From the NCBI GenBank assembly GCA_024346625.1, contig AP024664.1, positions 992,001-1,056,000 of the forward strand: a stretch of 64,000 nt of DNA, in the 5' to 3' direction. The notes beneath the pieces were generated by a model, which saw only the letters and a program-made list of their open reading frames with translations, was not told where the DNA came from and did not search any database. The position numbers and the translations under genes are program-made. Position 1 is the first letter of the stretch; each line of letters begins with the position of its first letter. This document shows, piece after piece, positions 30,692-40,744 of the stretch. The DNA comes from Williopsis jadinii. Lineage: Eukaryota.

Positions 30692-32770
30692 CTATCTGAT
30701 TTGGTTGCCACAATCGCTGCAAAACATTTCAACACCGGTTGATGACTTGCCAACGTGAAACTTATCACCTCCACACACATCGCATGTGACACCAGCAGAG
30801 ACTGCCGACCTTGAATTGCCGTTAACTCTGGTGGTAGAGTCTGTGGTGCCAGATCTGGACCGGGAGCCCAGAGGTGGTGAGCTGTTCCTGTCAAGCTGTG
30901 CAATTTTCCGTAGGGAATTTGACCTTGAAAGCACAGAGCTGCTGGATAGGTTCAGATGCTTGTGCTTGTAAGGTTCTCTCTCGCACTTCTTCTTCTCGGC
31001 CAGCAGCTTCTTACGAACACTCGTGGAGAAATCTTGACGGAAGACTCTGATGAGACCCTTATCGTCCGATGTAACGATTATACTGCCGATATAGCTTTCT
31101 GCAAGCAGTGATCCCTCCTGTGATGGCTGCTGTGGTTGCTGTGGTTGTTGTGGTTGCTGCTGCTGTGACTGCTGTTGATCCTGCTGCTCTTGTATGTCAC
31201 CTTGGTTTGCTTCGTTCAGTTCACAATTCAACTCATAGATGAAGTCATTGGATAACGACAATGCCTTGAAAGTCCCGGAAGGTGCTATCAATGCGCACGT
31301 AACGACTGAGCTGTGCGCATGGAACGACGTATAATCACTTCTTTTCCTCTTGTTACTGATCAGGTTCTTTAAATGTGAGGACGAGGGATCACGAGGCTTA
31401 TCAATCTCCCACAGATAAACCCAGTGGTTTTCAGATCCAGATATCAGATACTTGTGACTATCTGAGACTGTAGCAATGATCTGAGATGAGTTGTTACTGA
31501 GACCCTTGAAGTAGAACTCAAGCTGCTTGTATCTCAAGGATATCAATCTGATTCTTGAATCGTTTGAGGATATGAGAACCTTAACATCGTCGCCATCGAC
31601 AAAGCTCTCAATTCCGGTGATCTTTGAGCTCTCGCTGCCCTTCTTCTTGTTCAGATCAAGAGAGTGTTTCAACTCCAGGTTTTGGGTGTCCAGAAAGTAA
31701 ACAGTACCGTTAAAAGTACCAACAATGGTCATTGATCCATTTGGAATGAACGCAACAGCTGTAACAAGGTTCTTAGCATCAAATTCATAACTCACTTCAT
31801 TCTCCAGGATGGACCAGAGACGCACCTTATGGTCTAGGCATCCACTAATAAAGAATCTATCATCTGTTGGGTGGAACTTGATCGATGGGACGAAATCGTT
31901 GTGTACAAAGGTTCGCAGCGCATAGTCCTCGTTGACGTTCCATAGTTTAACGGTCTTGTCCATGGAGCTCGTAAGCAAAAAGTTATTCTTGCTCCAATCC
32001 AAGGATAGAATATCATCCGAATGTCCAACATAACTTCGATAAGGCGAATCTTGGAATACTGAGGCGTACTCGGTCTTGTCTCCATACTGAGGAGAGTCTA
32101 GTCTATCCAAAGGTGAAGATATAACTTTCCAAATCTTGATGGTGCTATCCCTTCCGGCACTGGCAAGGTATTTCCCGTCACTGCTAAACTTCATTGCCCA
32201 AATCGCGTGCTTATTCGTCAAGGTCTCATCGCGAGTGTCAGTGCTTACCGGCGTTGAATTTGCATCAAATTCATCACTGCTCTTCAATTCGATGTCATCT
32301 ACCCCATTGGCGACCAAGCCATTCAACCTGGGCTCGGCACTCTGTAACAGCTCTTGTGCCAAAAATAGCTGCTTACAGATGGGTAACGTTCTTCCGCTTC
32401 TTTTGAAGGTCTTGATATACTTTGGCTGCCTGAGGTACTTTTCATAATCCTCGCCTTCAGGAATGTTGAACAGTCGATCAGAAGAGCTTGCATGGCTCTT
32501 TCCAACCCCAGGTATCAACCCTTTGAAGCACACAGGGCCTGAGGCCACTGCATATGATCCGAGATCTATAGATCTATCATCCTCAGAGGAATCGTCCTGT
32601 TCATCTGTGCCTGTAGATGACGATAGGTTCGTGGAGAGCGACGCTGACCTTCCACGATCCTCAGACTTCGAGTTGAACACCTTGAATATTGACAAACGTC
32701 TCCCTTTCTTCCCACTCCCAGAACTCGATGAGCTCAGCGTGGAGGACGTTGTGCCGTTATGTGGTGGCAT
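30692..32770 (-). CDS. DGR2: WD40 protein, WDR44-like (Dgr2/YMR102C family)
   Basis: LFLAQEL, DILSLDWSKNNFLLTSSMDKTV, FHPTDDRFFISGCLD, C-terminal CxxC...CxxC. Adjacent to OAC1 as in S. cerevisiae. Confidence 0.82.
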   Translation of the reverse strand: MPPHNGTTSSTLSSSSSGSGKKGRRLSIFKVFNSKSEDRGRSASLSTNLSSSTGTDEQDDSSEDDRSIDLGSYAVASGPVCFKGLIPGVGKSHASSSDRLFNIPEGEDYEKYLRQPKYIKTFKRSGRTLPICKQLFLAQELLQSAEPRLNGLVANGVDDIELKSSDEFDANSTPVSTDTRDETLTNKHAIWAMKFSSDGKYLASAGRDSTIKIWKVISSPLDRLDSPQYGDKTEYASVFQDSPYRSYVGHSDDILSLDWSKNNFLLTSSMDKTVKLWNVNEDYALRTFVHNDFVPSIKFHPTDDRFFISGCLDHKVRLWSILENEVSYEFDAKNLVTAVAFIPNGSMTIVGTFNGTVYFLDTQNLELKHSLDLNKKKGSESSKITGIESFVDGDDVKVLISSNDSRIRLISLRYKQLEFYFKGLSNNSSQIIATVSDSHKYLISGSENHWVYLWEIDKPRDPSSSHLKNLISNKRKRSDYTSFHAHSSVVTCALIAPSGTFKALSLSNDFIYELNCELNEANQGDIQEQQDQQQSQQQQPQQPQQPQQPSQEGSLLAESYIGSIIVTSDDKGLIRVFRQDFSTSVRKKLLAEKKKCEREPYKHKHLNLSSSSVLSRSNSLRKIAQLDRNSSPPLGSRSRSGTTDSTTRVNGNSRSAVSAGVTCDVCGGDKFHVGKSSTGVEMFCSDCGNQIR

Positions 32771-33367
32771 CGTCTGCAGTGTATGGTGCTAATCAAGACA
32801 GGAGTGAGCCAGCACAGAGAGATAAAGCCAAAGTAACGAAAGCACACACAGTGTTCCTCCTTCGTACTGCGCTAATGACGATAATCAGATGTCTCTGTAG
32901 GGACAAGACACGGTATCCTTTCTCAAAATGAACAATAGCTGGATGTGTCTGTCTCAGCGGTTATACACCCAATTACAAATGCTAACACGTCCTCGTTCTC
33001 CGTATTCAAGCTGATCCCAAACCCTGTATATAGCAGACTGAACCAGGGTACCGTCTCCAAAACTCAACCACGTATCGGCTTCCCTTCGATGAACTTCATT
33101 GCTTTCTTCCCGATAGGCCTCGAGCGAGGCCGACAAGGCTCAAGAAGCCGAGGGGAATGTCATGTTAATGTCCTAATCGGGTAATTTCCTGCTTTAATAG
33201 TTTATATACGACGACCACAGTTACCCTCCCGGCTATCCCAAGCTTTGCGCGCAAAGAGAAAAAATTTCGGCCTGTTTGAACGATGCGCCATGGAACAAAA
33301 CAATAGGAAAGAGGTGGAAGAAGAGAGCCAATAACCCCTTCAAACGTTGGAATAAGCATTTTGAACT

Positions 33368-34350
33368 ATGTCTCAGCAAGGGTAAGTTAGCTAGGATCGA
33401 TTTATGGGCGTTGTTGTGGCCGCGGGGGTGTTGTTTCCCCGGTGTCTTCACCTGGGGAAGACCAACATCATCAGCGCCCATATACTCATAAGCAGGCTAG
33501 ACGGTTACTAACGGTGGAGCTGTGTAGAACTTGGGCGGACGACGTTGTTGAGAACCAACCTCTCATCACCACGAATGAGGACGGTACGAAGACCGTCATA
33601 ACGTACAGAATAAACGAAAAGGGCCAGAAGATCAAGGTCACACAGATAGTCAAAGAGATCATCGTCAAAGAGAGCGTCAACAAGGAAGTTGCAAAGAGAA
33701 AACAGTGGGCCAAGTTTGGAGAAGAGAAGAACGCTGCTCCTGGCCCAGACTACAGAACCACCCAAGTTGGTGAAGAAGTGCATCTCAGATTGGGTACCGC
33801 ATGGAAGACTGCTGAGAAGGAGGCGGAAGAGAAGAAAGCTGAGGAGTCCATGCTTTCTGCAAACACACGTGCAATTACGTGTAGATACTGTAAGGGACAG
33901 CATTTCTCCTCCAAATGTCCATTCAAGGACTCGCTTGCATCCTTGGAGCCTGATCCAATGGATGAATCCTCGGAAGCTGGCGCCGCAGCACTTGCTTCCC
34001 CATCAGCTCCTGGCAAATACGTCCCACGTCACTTGCGTAACGGTGGTATCTCTGCCTCCGGCGAGTCGTCTCGTGAACGTGATGATTCCTCAACATTGAA
34101 GATTGCCAACTTGAACGAAATGGTTGACGAGGACATGCTGAGAAACCAATTGCTCTATCCATTCGGCCCATTGGTCAGAGTCAACGTTGTAAGAAACAGG
34201 GAAACAGGAAGATCAAGAGGTTTGGCATTCGCACAGTTTGCATCTGAGAGTAGCGCACAGAGGGCCCTCGATGCCTTGGACGGTAAGGGTTTCCACTCTT
34301 TGATTCTCCAAGTGGGCTGGTCAAAACCAAAGAAACCACAACAGCAGTAG
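33368..34350 (+). CDS. TIF35: eIF3 subunit g, 2 exons: 33368-33381 and 33528-34350, 278 aa
   Basis: ATG TCT CAG CAA GG|GTAAGT...TACTAAC...TAG|A ACT TGG gives MSQQGTWADD; zinc knuckle CRYCKGQHFSSKCP; C-terminal RRM. Confidence 0.93.
33382..33527 (+). other. Spliceosomal intron of TIF35 (146 nt)
   Basis: GTAAGT donor, TACTAAC 33506-33512, TAG acceptor. Confidence 0.9.
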
Positions 34351-34537
34351 TAAGCTCTGTCTTGCTACGTATATAAAACTCTATGTACACTAATTGAAGA
34401 CTCTTCATCCATAGAATCGAGCACCTTTTAAAGGCTGAGCCATCGCTTATGATGAGCTCTCGGGTGAGTTCCGGTCCATATCCTACCGGATCTCGACAGC
34501 GTAGTTTTTAGTCTGGTAGGAGCACGCCCAATCGGTT

Positions 34538-34546
34538 ATTGCCACC
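34538..34546 (-). promoter_or_regulatory. Rpn4/PACE-like site GGTGGCAAT
   Basis: One mismatch to GGTGGCAAA, about 120 bp upstream of a proteasome gene. Confidence 0.65.
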
Positions 34547-34558
34547 AAAGAGAAATCC

Positions 34559-34560
<2 letters not shown>

Positions 34561-34593
<33 letters not shown>

Positions 34594-34619
34594 TCATCAT
34601 CATCAACATCAACATCAAC
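34561..34619. repeat. (CAA)n/(CAT)n microsatellite upstream of RPN9
   Basis: About 11 ACA units followed by mixed CAT/CAA units. Confidence 0.95.
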
Positions 34620-34662
34620 GGCAAACTACCCACAGGACACGTGAAGCAGTGGAAAGACAACA

Positions 34663-35805
34663 ATGGCTGATATTGCTGGTATTTTAACACAGATTCGTGA
34701 GGAAATGGACCCGACCTTGGCTCCCCTGTTCTTCACTTTCGAAGACTTCTACCAACGTAAGCTATGGCACTACCTCACGCTTTGCCTAGACACGTTCTAC
34801 CAGTCAAAGCTGTCAATTGGGTTCCGCATGAAGTTATATACCCAGTTCGTATCTGAGTTCAAATGGAAGCTGAACCAGATGAAGAACGTGGAGTTCTTGT
34901 CACAGTCCCTCGTTGAAGTTGAGTTCCCAGAGGAGAAGCTGGAATACCTCAAGACATGCCACACAGAGCTAGAGGCACAAGATAAGTTGGACAACGAACA
35001 GGCGTTGTTGTTCTTGGAGGTTGAAATAGCAAGATGTAAACTCCATTTGAAACAGGAGAACGATGCCCGTGACGAACTTGACAAAATTGATACAAAGATA
35101 TCCGCCTTGGATGACGTTGAGTTGAAGTTGAACCAATCATACTATTCAACAAACTCGGAGTACTACAAGGTGAAAAATGACTACAACAACTTCTATTACC
35201 AGAGCTTGTTGTACTTGTCCACTGTAACATTGGATGACCTGAGCGTTGTGGATCAACAAAGATTGGCCTATGAGTTGAGTATTAGTGCATTATTGGCGGA
35301 TAAGATCTATAACTTTGGTGAGCTCTTGATACATCCGATCCTTTCCACATTGAAGAGCTCAGATTATAACTGGCTTGTTGATTTGTTGTACTCCCTTAAC
35401 TCAGGTAATATTGAACAATTTTCTGCAAACTTGGGCCATTTGGAGAAAAACCCATTGTTGAAGAACTCTGAATCCTTCTTGAAGCAGAAGATTTGCCTAA
35501 TGACGCTTGTTGAGCTCGTCTTTAGCAAATCCATTAGAATTATATCCTTCAAAGATGTTTCCAAGGCAACAAAGTTGAGTCTGGATGAAGTGGAACACTT
35601 GGTGATGAGAGCTCTCAGCTTGGGTCTCTTGAAGGGCTCCATCGATCAAATCAGTCAAACAATTTCCATCAGTTGGGTCCAGCCTAGAATCATTAGCCAA
35701 GAACAGATCGCTAACATGAAGCAAAAATTAGTCGAGTGGGATGCAAACGTTTCCAAATTGGGTCATTTCATGGAACAAAATGGGAAAGAAGTTTGGATCC
35801 AGTAG
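34663..35805 (+). CDS. RPN9: Proteasome lid subunit Rpn9
   Basis: YQRKLWH, IYNFGELLIHPIL, PCI domain (VEHLVMRALSLGLLKGSIDQ, WVQPR). Confidence 0.95.
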   Translation: MADIAGILTQIREEMDPTLAPLFFTFEDFYQRKLWHYLTLCLDTFYQSKLSIGFRMKLYTQFVSEFKWKLNQMKNVEFLSQSLVEVEFPEEKLEYLKTCHTELEAQDKLDNEQALLFLEVEIARCKLHLKQENDARDELDKIDTKISALDDVELKLNQSYYSTNSEYYKVKNDYNNFYYQSLLYLSTVTLDDLSVVDQQRLAYELSISALLADKIYNFGELLIHPILSTLKSSDYNWLVDLLYSLNSGNIEQFSANLGHLEKNPLLKNSESFLKQKICLMTLVELVFSKSIRIISFKDVSKATKLSLDEVEHLVMRALSLGLLKGSIDQISQTISISWVQPRIISQEQIANMKQKLVEWDANVSKLGHFMEQNGKEVWIQ

Positions 35806-35867
35806 ATTCTACTTTTTTTTGTTTCTTCTCTAGAAGTTCAAAATTGAAATGCTGTTCTGTGCAATCA

Positions 35868-37301
35868 CTAGTTATCCATCTGTAGATTTTCTATATCCCG
35901 TAGGAGCTGTTCCTTGGATCGACTTAACTTTTCAATTGAGGCTTGGTGGCGTATTTTGAGGCCTTCAACTTCTCTTGTGATCTGTACATTTGGTTGAATT
36001 GCTGCAAGTACAGCCCTGAAGTCACCACTCAACTTGTCATTTCTTGCTTTTAATGCATTATGCTTTGACTTGAGCAAATCATATTGGTTCCTTTGGTCGA
36101 TGAGCCTTTTCTCCAAGAACTTGTTCATGTTGGTAAACTGTAACAACAACTGGTCCTTCGCATTGGCCTCATCAAGACTGGTTGTCAAATCCGATATCTT
36201 TTGCTGTAACTCTAAGAATTCTTGCTCATTGTGTGCAGCAACTTGATCAACAACGTTCTTCGTAGCCTCCAATCTTATCTTCTTCACAAGCGAAGCATAT
36301 CGTAGCGTACTTAGCGTCTCGTCGTAATCCACAGGTGATATACATGCAATCATTGCAGTCTTGGAATTACCACCCAAGGATTCCTTCAATAACCATGTAA
36401 GTGTCGAATCCCTGAAAGGTGGTTTTTCGTTCTTCGTTAGAGAGGTAAATACCCTACCCAACGTCGTCAATGATTTGTTGATGTTGGAACCTTCTTTGAA
36501 ACGAACGCCTGTGGCGCCTGTGGCATCAGCACGTTCTGAGCCGGCTAAATCAACCAATCTAAGACATGAGTTCGTTTCTCTCACTAGGTACTCGTTGGAA
36601 TCGAACTCTGTTATTCTGATGGAGACTGTGAAGACCGCGTGTGATCTTGAAGATTTGTCATTCATCTTTGTAGCGCCGGTTGTTCTATTCTTGTTTCCAA
36701 TTTTCATATAGTTGACGAAATCATCCACAACTTGTATTGGGAAGCTTTGTAGTCCCTCTATGTAGGGACCGGTCACTGGATCCTCTCGGACCCTCAGCTG
36801 GCTGTTCACCTCGTGAGCCTTTAATAGATCACGCACTTGTTCGTTGTAGATCTCAAAGAACGATACCGTCATTTGAGCCTTGGAGCTCTCCGGCATCGCA
36901 GTACACGCATTGAACAACTCTTCACAGCATCTAGGTATAATACCTGGCTCTCTCTGCGTGCCCATCATCGTGTAAGACTTACCTGACCCTGTTTGGCCGT
37001 ATGCAAAGATACACGTATTGTAGCCGTTCAACGTATGCTTTAACAACTCACCAGCACATAGATCAAAACACTTCTCCTGTGAAACAAAGCACTCGTCCAC
37101 TGGATCCAAACTGCACATCGAGTGGTCGAAATGGAACTCCTTGGGCTCTTGAATCTGTTTCTTCGAAGGTGATGAATTGACAGGTAACCGTGGAGGCATC
37201 AACGTTGTTGTTTGATCCTTCATCTCCACGAGAACCGCGTGCCCTTCTTCTCTTTTCAGCTTCGGACGAACCCTAGCGAAGACCTGAACGTTGTCCTTCA
37301 T
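35868..37301 (-). CDS. Short kinesin-3 family motor (N-terminal motor, short coiled-coil tail)
   Basis: GQTGSGKSYTMMG, SSRSH, DLAGSERADATGATGVRFKEGSNINKSL, RDSTLTWLLKESLGGNSKTAM; kinesin-3-like FHFDHS and LRVREDP..GPY. Confidence 0.85.
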   Translation of the reverse strand: MKDNVQVFARVRPKLKREEGHAVLVEMKDQTTTLMPPRLPVNSSPSKKQIQEPKEFHFDHSMCSLDPVDECFVSQEKCFDLCAGELLKHTLNGYNTCIFAYGQTGSGKSYTMMGTQREPGIIPRCCEELFNACTAMPESSKAQMTVSFFEIYNEQVRDLLKAHEVNSQLRVREDPVTGPYIEGLQSFPIQVVDDFVNYMKIGNKNRTTGATKMNDKSSRSHAVFTVSIRITEFDSNEYLVRETNSCLRLVDLAGSERADATGATGVRFKEGSNINKSLTTLGRVFTSLTKNEKPPFRDSTLTWLLKESLGGNSKTAMIACISPVDYDETLSTLRYASLVKKIRLEATKNVVDQVAAHNEQEFLELQQKISDLTTSLDEANAKDQLLLQFTNMNKFLEKRLIDQRNQYDLLKSKHNALKARNDKLSGDFRAVLAAIQPNVQITREVEGLKIRHQASIEKLSRSKEQLLRDIENLQMDN

Positions 37302-37529
37302 CTTAAAACTGATCCGCCACGCTGTTGACCTACCCGCTGTGGAGTGTTTGTGCTGAACCGTGGCCTTTGTTTACATTTCTGTCGCACCGAAATCAAAACA
37401 AACCGGTCCCGCTTCACAGGTCGGCAAGCCTAAAAAACACAGAAAAGGGCTCAAAAACAGAGGGCAAAAAATCAAAACATTACTACTCAGAATCAACAGA
37501 TTACAAGTCATAGACACACCAATTACACG

Positions 37530-37860
37530 ATGACTACAGACAGCAAGCGTATGTTAGACTCATCCATCGTGTACTAGTACATATTGCTAACAATAGAGAG
37601 CTGAAGCTATTATCAAGGCACAGGACATGCCAGAGGATGTACAGAAGCAAGTACTCGAGATTGCCGCTAAGGCGCTGGAAGAGAATGATTTGGAGAAGGA
37701 TGTTGCTGGGCAGATTAAGAAGGAGCTGGATAAGACTCACGGACACACATGGCATGTCATTGTCGGGAAGAACTTTGGTTCGTATGTCACGCACGAATCG
37801 GGCTTCTTTCTCTATTTCTACATCGGCCCATACGCCTTTTTGATCTTCAAGACTGGTTGA
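37530..37860 (+). CDS. DYN2: Dynein light chain LC8, 2 exons: 37530-37548 and 37607 (or 37601)-37860
   Basis: [17 protein letters not shown] signature. Exon 1 MTTDSK followed by GTATGT and branch TGCTAAC. Confidence 0.92.
37549..37606 (+). other. Short spliceosomal intron of DYN2 (acceptor ambiguous)
   Basis: GTATGT donor, TGCTAAC 37585-37591; in-frame acceptors are GAG (37600) or AAG (37606). Confidence 0.72.
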
Positions 37861-37884
37861 GCGTAACAGCCAGTTCTCTGTTCC

Positions 37885-38586
37885 CTATATATAGGTTTTG
37901 TTGATGTAACTGGTCAACTTGTCTGGTTTCAAGTACACTCGGTTATGCTCCCCCATGTGTGCCATGTATAGACAGTATTCAATACCATTCTGCTGTAACT
38001 GAGTTGTAAGCCAGTTCGTCTGTGTCGGGCTGAGCAGCTCATCCTCATAGCTCTGAATCACATGCACCTCTATACTGCTGTCCAATTTGGATATGTCCAA
38101 GACTGTGCTGGTGTAATCATCGTGTGCCTCGCTAACGAAGCCTTCGTACTCAGGGTACTCCTGCACGAGAGTCTTCAAGTCGTAAATCCCCTCCACCAGG
38201 TACAGCTTGTCAACAGCGATTCCATGGCTGATACAGCACTGTAAGGCGATCGTTGCACCAACTGAATGGCCCAGTAGCGACACTTTGGTGGCCCCCAGCT
38301 CCTGGATGATCCGCTCAACACCGCCCACCACGTCTTGGGCAAAGCCACCGTCCTTCACCTGGTCACTGAGTCGATACTCAACAGAACAGAGCGTAATCAC
38401 CCTGTTGAGCTCCCTGTGCAGTGCATCGGCATCTCTGAAAGTGTTTGTAGGGTCTCTCCATGCTCCGCCGTGGATGAATATCAACGGTGCAATCTTGGTC
38501 TCCTCGCTGAACGGAGGCAGATACTCGTATATCGCCACCGTTTCGTGTCCCAGAGGGCCATATTTGATGATCTGGGGCTCACTCAT
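37885..38586 (-). CDS. BNA7: Kynurenine formamidase
   Basis: FIHGGAWRDP, YRLS, GHSVG, SYEDELL; syntenic with RPN9/TIF35. Confidence 0.88.
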   Translation of the reverse strand: MSEPQIIKYGPLGHETVAIYEYLPPFSEETKIAPLIFIHGGAWRDPTNTFRDADALHRELNRVITLCSVEYRLSDQVKDGGFAQDVVGGVERIIQELGATKVSLLGHSVGATIALQCCISHGIAVDKLYLVEGIYDLKTLVQEYPEYEGFVSEAHDDYTSTVLDISKLDSSIEVHVIQSYEDELLSPTQTNWLTTQLQQNGIEYCLYMAHMGEHNRVYLKPDKLTSYINKTYI

Positions 38587-38800
38587 TGGCTCTGCTTACC
38601 TCAACAACTCAACAACTCCGGGCCTTCTGATAAGAGCAAGAACAGCATCAACGGCCTACAAACGACAGCGAAAAAGCGGGAAAAACACTGAAAAGTGACA
38701 GCTTTTTGTTGCCTGCGGTTTTGTCTACTGGAAGGGGAAAATCAACCAGGTGCTGAGCCCCAACACAGCAAAGCAGCGTGGTGAACATCAGATAGAGCAA

Positions 38801-40609
38801 ATGGACTTTGAAGAGGATAACAATCCTTTTGCTGGAAGCAGCGTGTGGAGCGATACCTTTGGTTCAGGGAGCTTACACGGCTCAGCGGTGGTTGGTGCTG
38901 CTGGTAGTGCCTATGGCCATCGTAGCAGTGTGCCTGGTACAGATGCTGGTGTTGACGATACTCAACAACCGTACCACTCGAGTGGAGATAGGAGCCAAGA
39001 AGAACAGCTGCCGCCCTACGAAGAGCATTTCAAGGGTCTGGGAATTCAGGATCATCACCAAACAGTTGTGGTAGGAGACTCTAAGGAGAGAGGCGCTGCG
39101 GCAGCAACAGCGGAGGGGGAGCAGTCAGAAGCGGCAGTGGGCACTCCAACGGCGAAGGTGATGACAGCAGACTTCACAACTGAGCCGCTGCATGGCAATT
39201 ACGTCGAAAGGGTTGTATACGATGCCAATGGTGAAGATGAGCAAGATACTGGTGAATACATGCCGTATATCGCAATCGAGGATGTAACCACGGTGAAAGA
39301 CCGTGGCCACACTGCAATTGCATACGTTATCCAGTACGGTACATCACAGGTTGTCCGTCGCTATTCTGACTTTGACACCTTAAGAAAGGCGCTGGTGCAG
39401 CTCTTGCCAACGGTGGTGGTACCGCATATTCCAGAGAAGCACAGCGTTATGAAGTACTTCCTCAACCCAATCAATGCCAAAAACGACATCAAGGTAATTG
39501 CCAAAAGGAAAAGGCTGTTAACTGTTTTCCTACAAAGGTGTTATATGATCCCACAGGTTAGAGAATGCGTTGTGTTTTTGAAGTTTGTCGACCCAGGAGT
39601 TAGATGGGCAGATGTGTTAGCATCGCCTCCAGTATCGATCCTACCATCGTCAAATCTATTGGCACCACCACTATGTCCTACAAAACCGTCACCGTTGCAT
39701 TTACTGTTGCCAGTTCCGCATTCTACCTCAATTAACAACTTCAAGCCGAGAGAAGAAGATAAGCAAATTGACACGAGGTTTAAGGACTACGAAAGAATAT
39801 TCAAAGTGTATAGACAGCTTACTGGAGACTTGACAAAGAGCATAAAAAGGCAAAAGAGACATTTCAAGGGGATGGTTAAGGATTTAGGTGAGCTAGGTGC
39901 TTACTACAATGCATTTTCACTTGAAGACACCTATAATATGTCATTTGGAATTGAAAAGACTGGCCAAGCTATAGATATCAACTATATCAATTCAGAGGCA
40001 TTTGCATTCAAAATAATGACCACCCTTGAAGAACCAATCTTTGACTTCCATCAATCATCTACCGTGGTCCTGAATGTTCTCAAGTTTAGAAGGTTGAAAG
40101 AGATTCAACTGTTTATAGTTGAAACCACGATAAGGAGACGTCAAGCTCGAGCTGAAAGTTTGCAAAACGCGCAAGAGCAGGTTAACAGGCTTAGCGAAGT
40201 ATTACGAAGAAACGCAGAATCATCTCCTACTATCGCGGAAGCAGTGAGAAGATTGGATAAAGGTGAAAGTGCAAAGATTTCACCCTTATCGAAAATGTTC
40301 AATGCCCAGTCTAAGAGTGACGATATCGTCACCATGACAGATCGTGAAAGAGCTACTGAAGTTGAGCAGATTCAAAAGGAACTGGTTAAATTGGAGGATT
40401 GCCATGCAGTGGTGTTAAAGGATATTGAACAGGTGAACACAGCAGTTGACGAGAACTGCACCCAACAGCTCCTACAATTTCAGAAACAATGGCGGGCATT
40501 GATGCAGGACTTCACAGAATCGTTGTTAATTTGGTTAAAGGATAATCTGAAGGCATGGCAAGATGCCAAGGACGAGATTAACAAAATGCAAGTCCATGGA
40601 TCGTCTTAA
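38801..40609 (+). CDS. SNX41: Sorting nexin Snx41 (PX-BAR)
   Basis: EEDNNPF, VRRYSDF, IPEKHS, PTKPSPLHLLLP, helical BAR region. ATG at 38801. Confidence 0.87.
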   Translation: MDFEEDNNPFAGSSVWSDTFGSGSLHGSAVVGAAGSAYGHRSSVPGTDAGVDDTQQPYHSSGDRSQEEQLPPYEEHFKGLGIQDHHQTVVVGDSKERGAAAATAEGEQSEAAVGTPTAKVMTADFTTEPLHGNYVERVVYDANGEDEQDTGEYMPYIAIEDVTTVKDRGHTAIAYVIQYGTSQVVRRYSDFDTLRKALVQLLPTVVVPHIPEKHSVMKYFLNPINAKNDIKVIAKRKRLLTVFLQRCYMIPQVRECVVFLKFVDPGVRWADVLASPPVSILPSSNLLAPPLCPTKPSPLHLLLPVPHSTSINNFKPREEDKQIDTRFKDYERIFKVYRQLTGDLTKSIKRQKRHFKGMVKDLGELGAYYNAFSLEDTYNMSFGIEKTGQAIDINYINSEAFAFKIMTTLEEPIFDFHQSSTVVLNVLKFRRLKEIQLFIVETTIRRRQARAESLQNAQEQVNRLSEVLRRNAESSPTIAEAVRRLDKGESAKISPLSKMFNAQSKSDDIVTMTDRERATEVEQIQKELVKLEDCHAVVLKDIEQVNTAVDENCTQQLLQFQKQWRALMQDFTESLLIWLKDNLKAWQDAKDEINKMQVHGSS

Positions 40610-40744
40610 ACATCGCCATCTTCTGTATGGTTTAAAACGTCAATCTGTCCTCCTCTCCACATTTTGTGAAGTTTTAATAATTTATGAATTTTAGCATCAT
40701 GAATACATGTGGCATTTTAGAGAATAACGTCAACTCACAGAGGC

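Noticed and set aside
34508..34690. Poly-Leu/Met ORF over the CAA repeat, or a poly-Thr extension of RPN9
   Set aside because: Artefact of the microsatellite; the RPN9 frame has a TGA upstream of the ATG.
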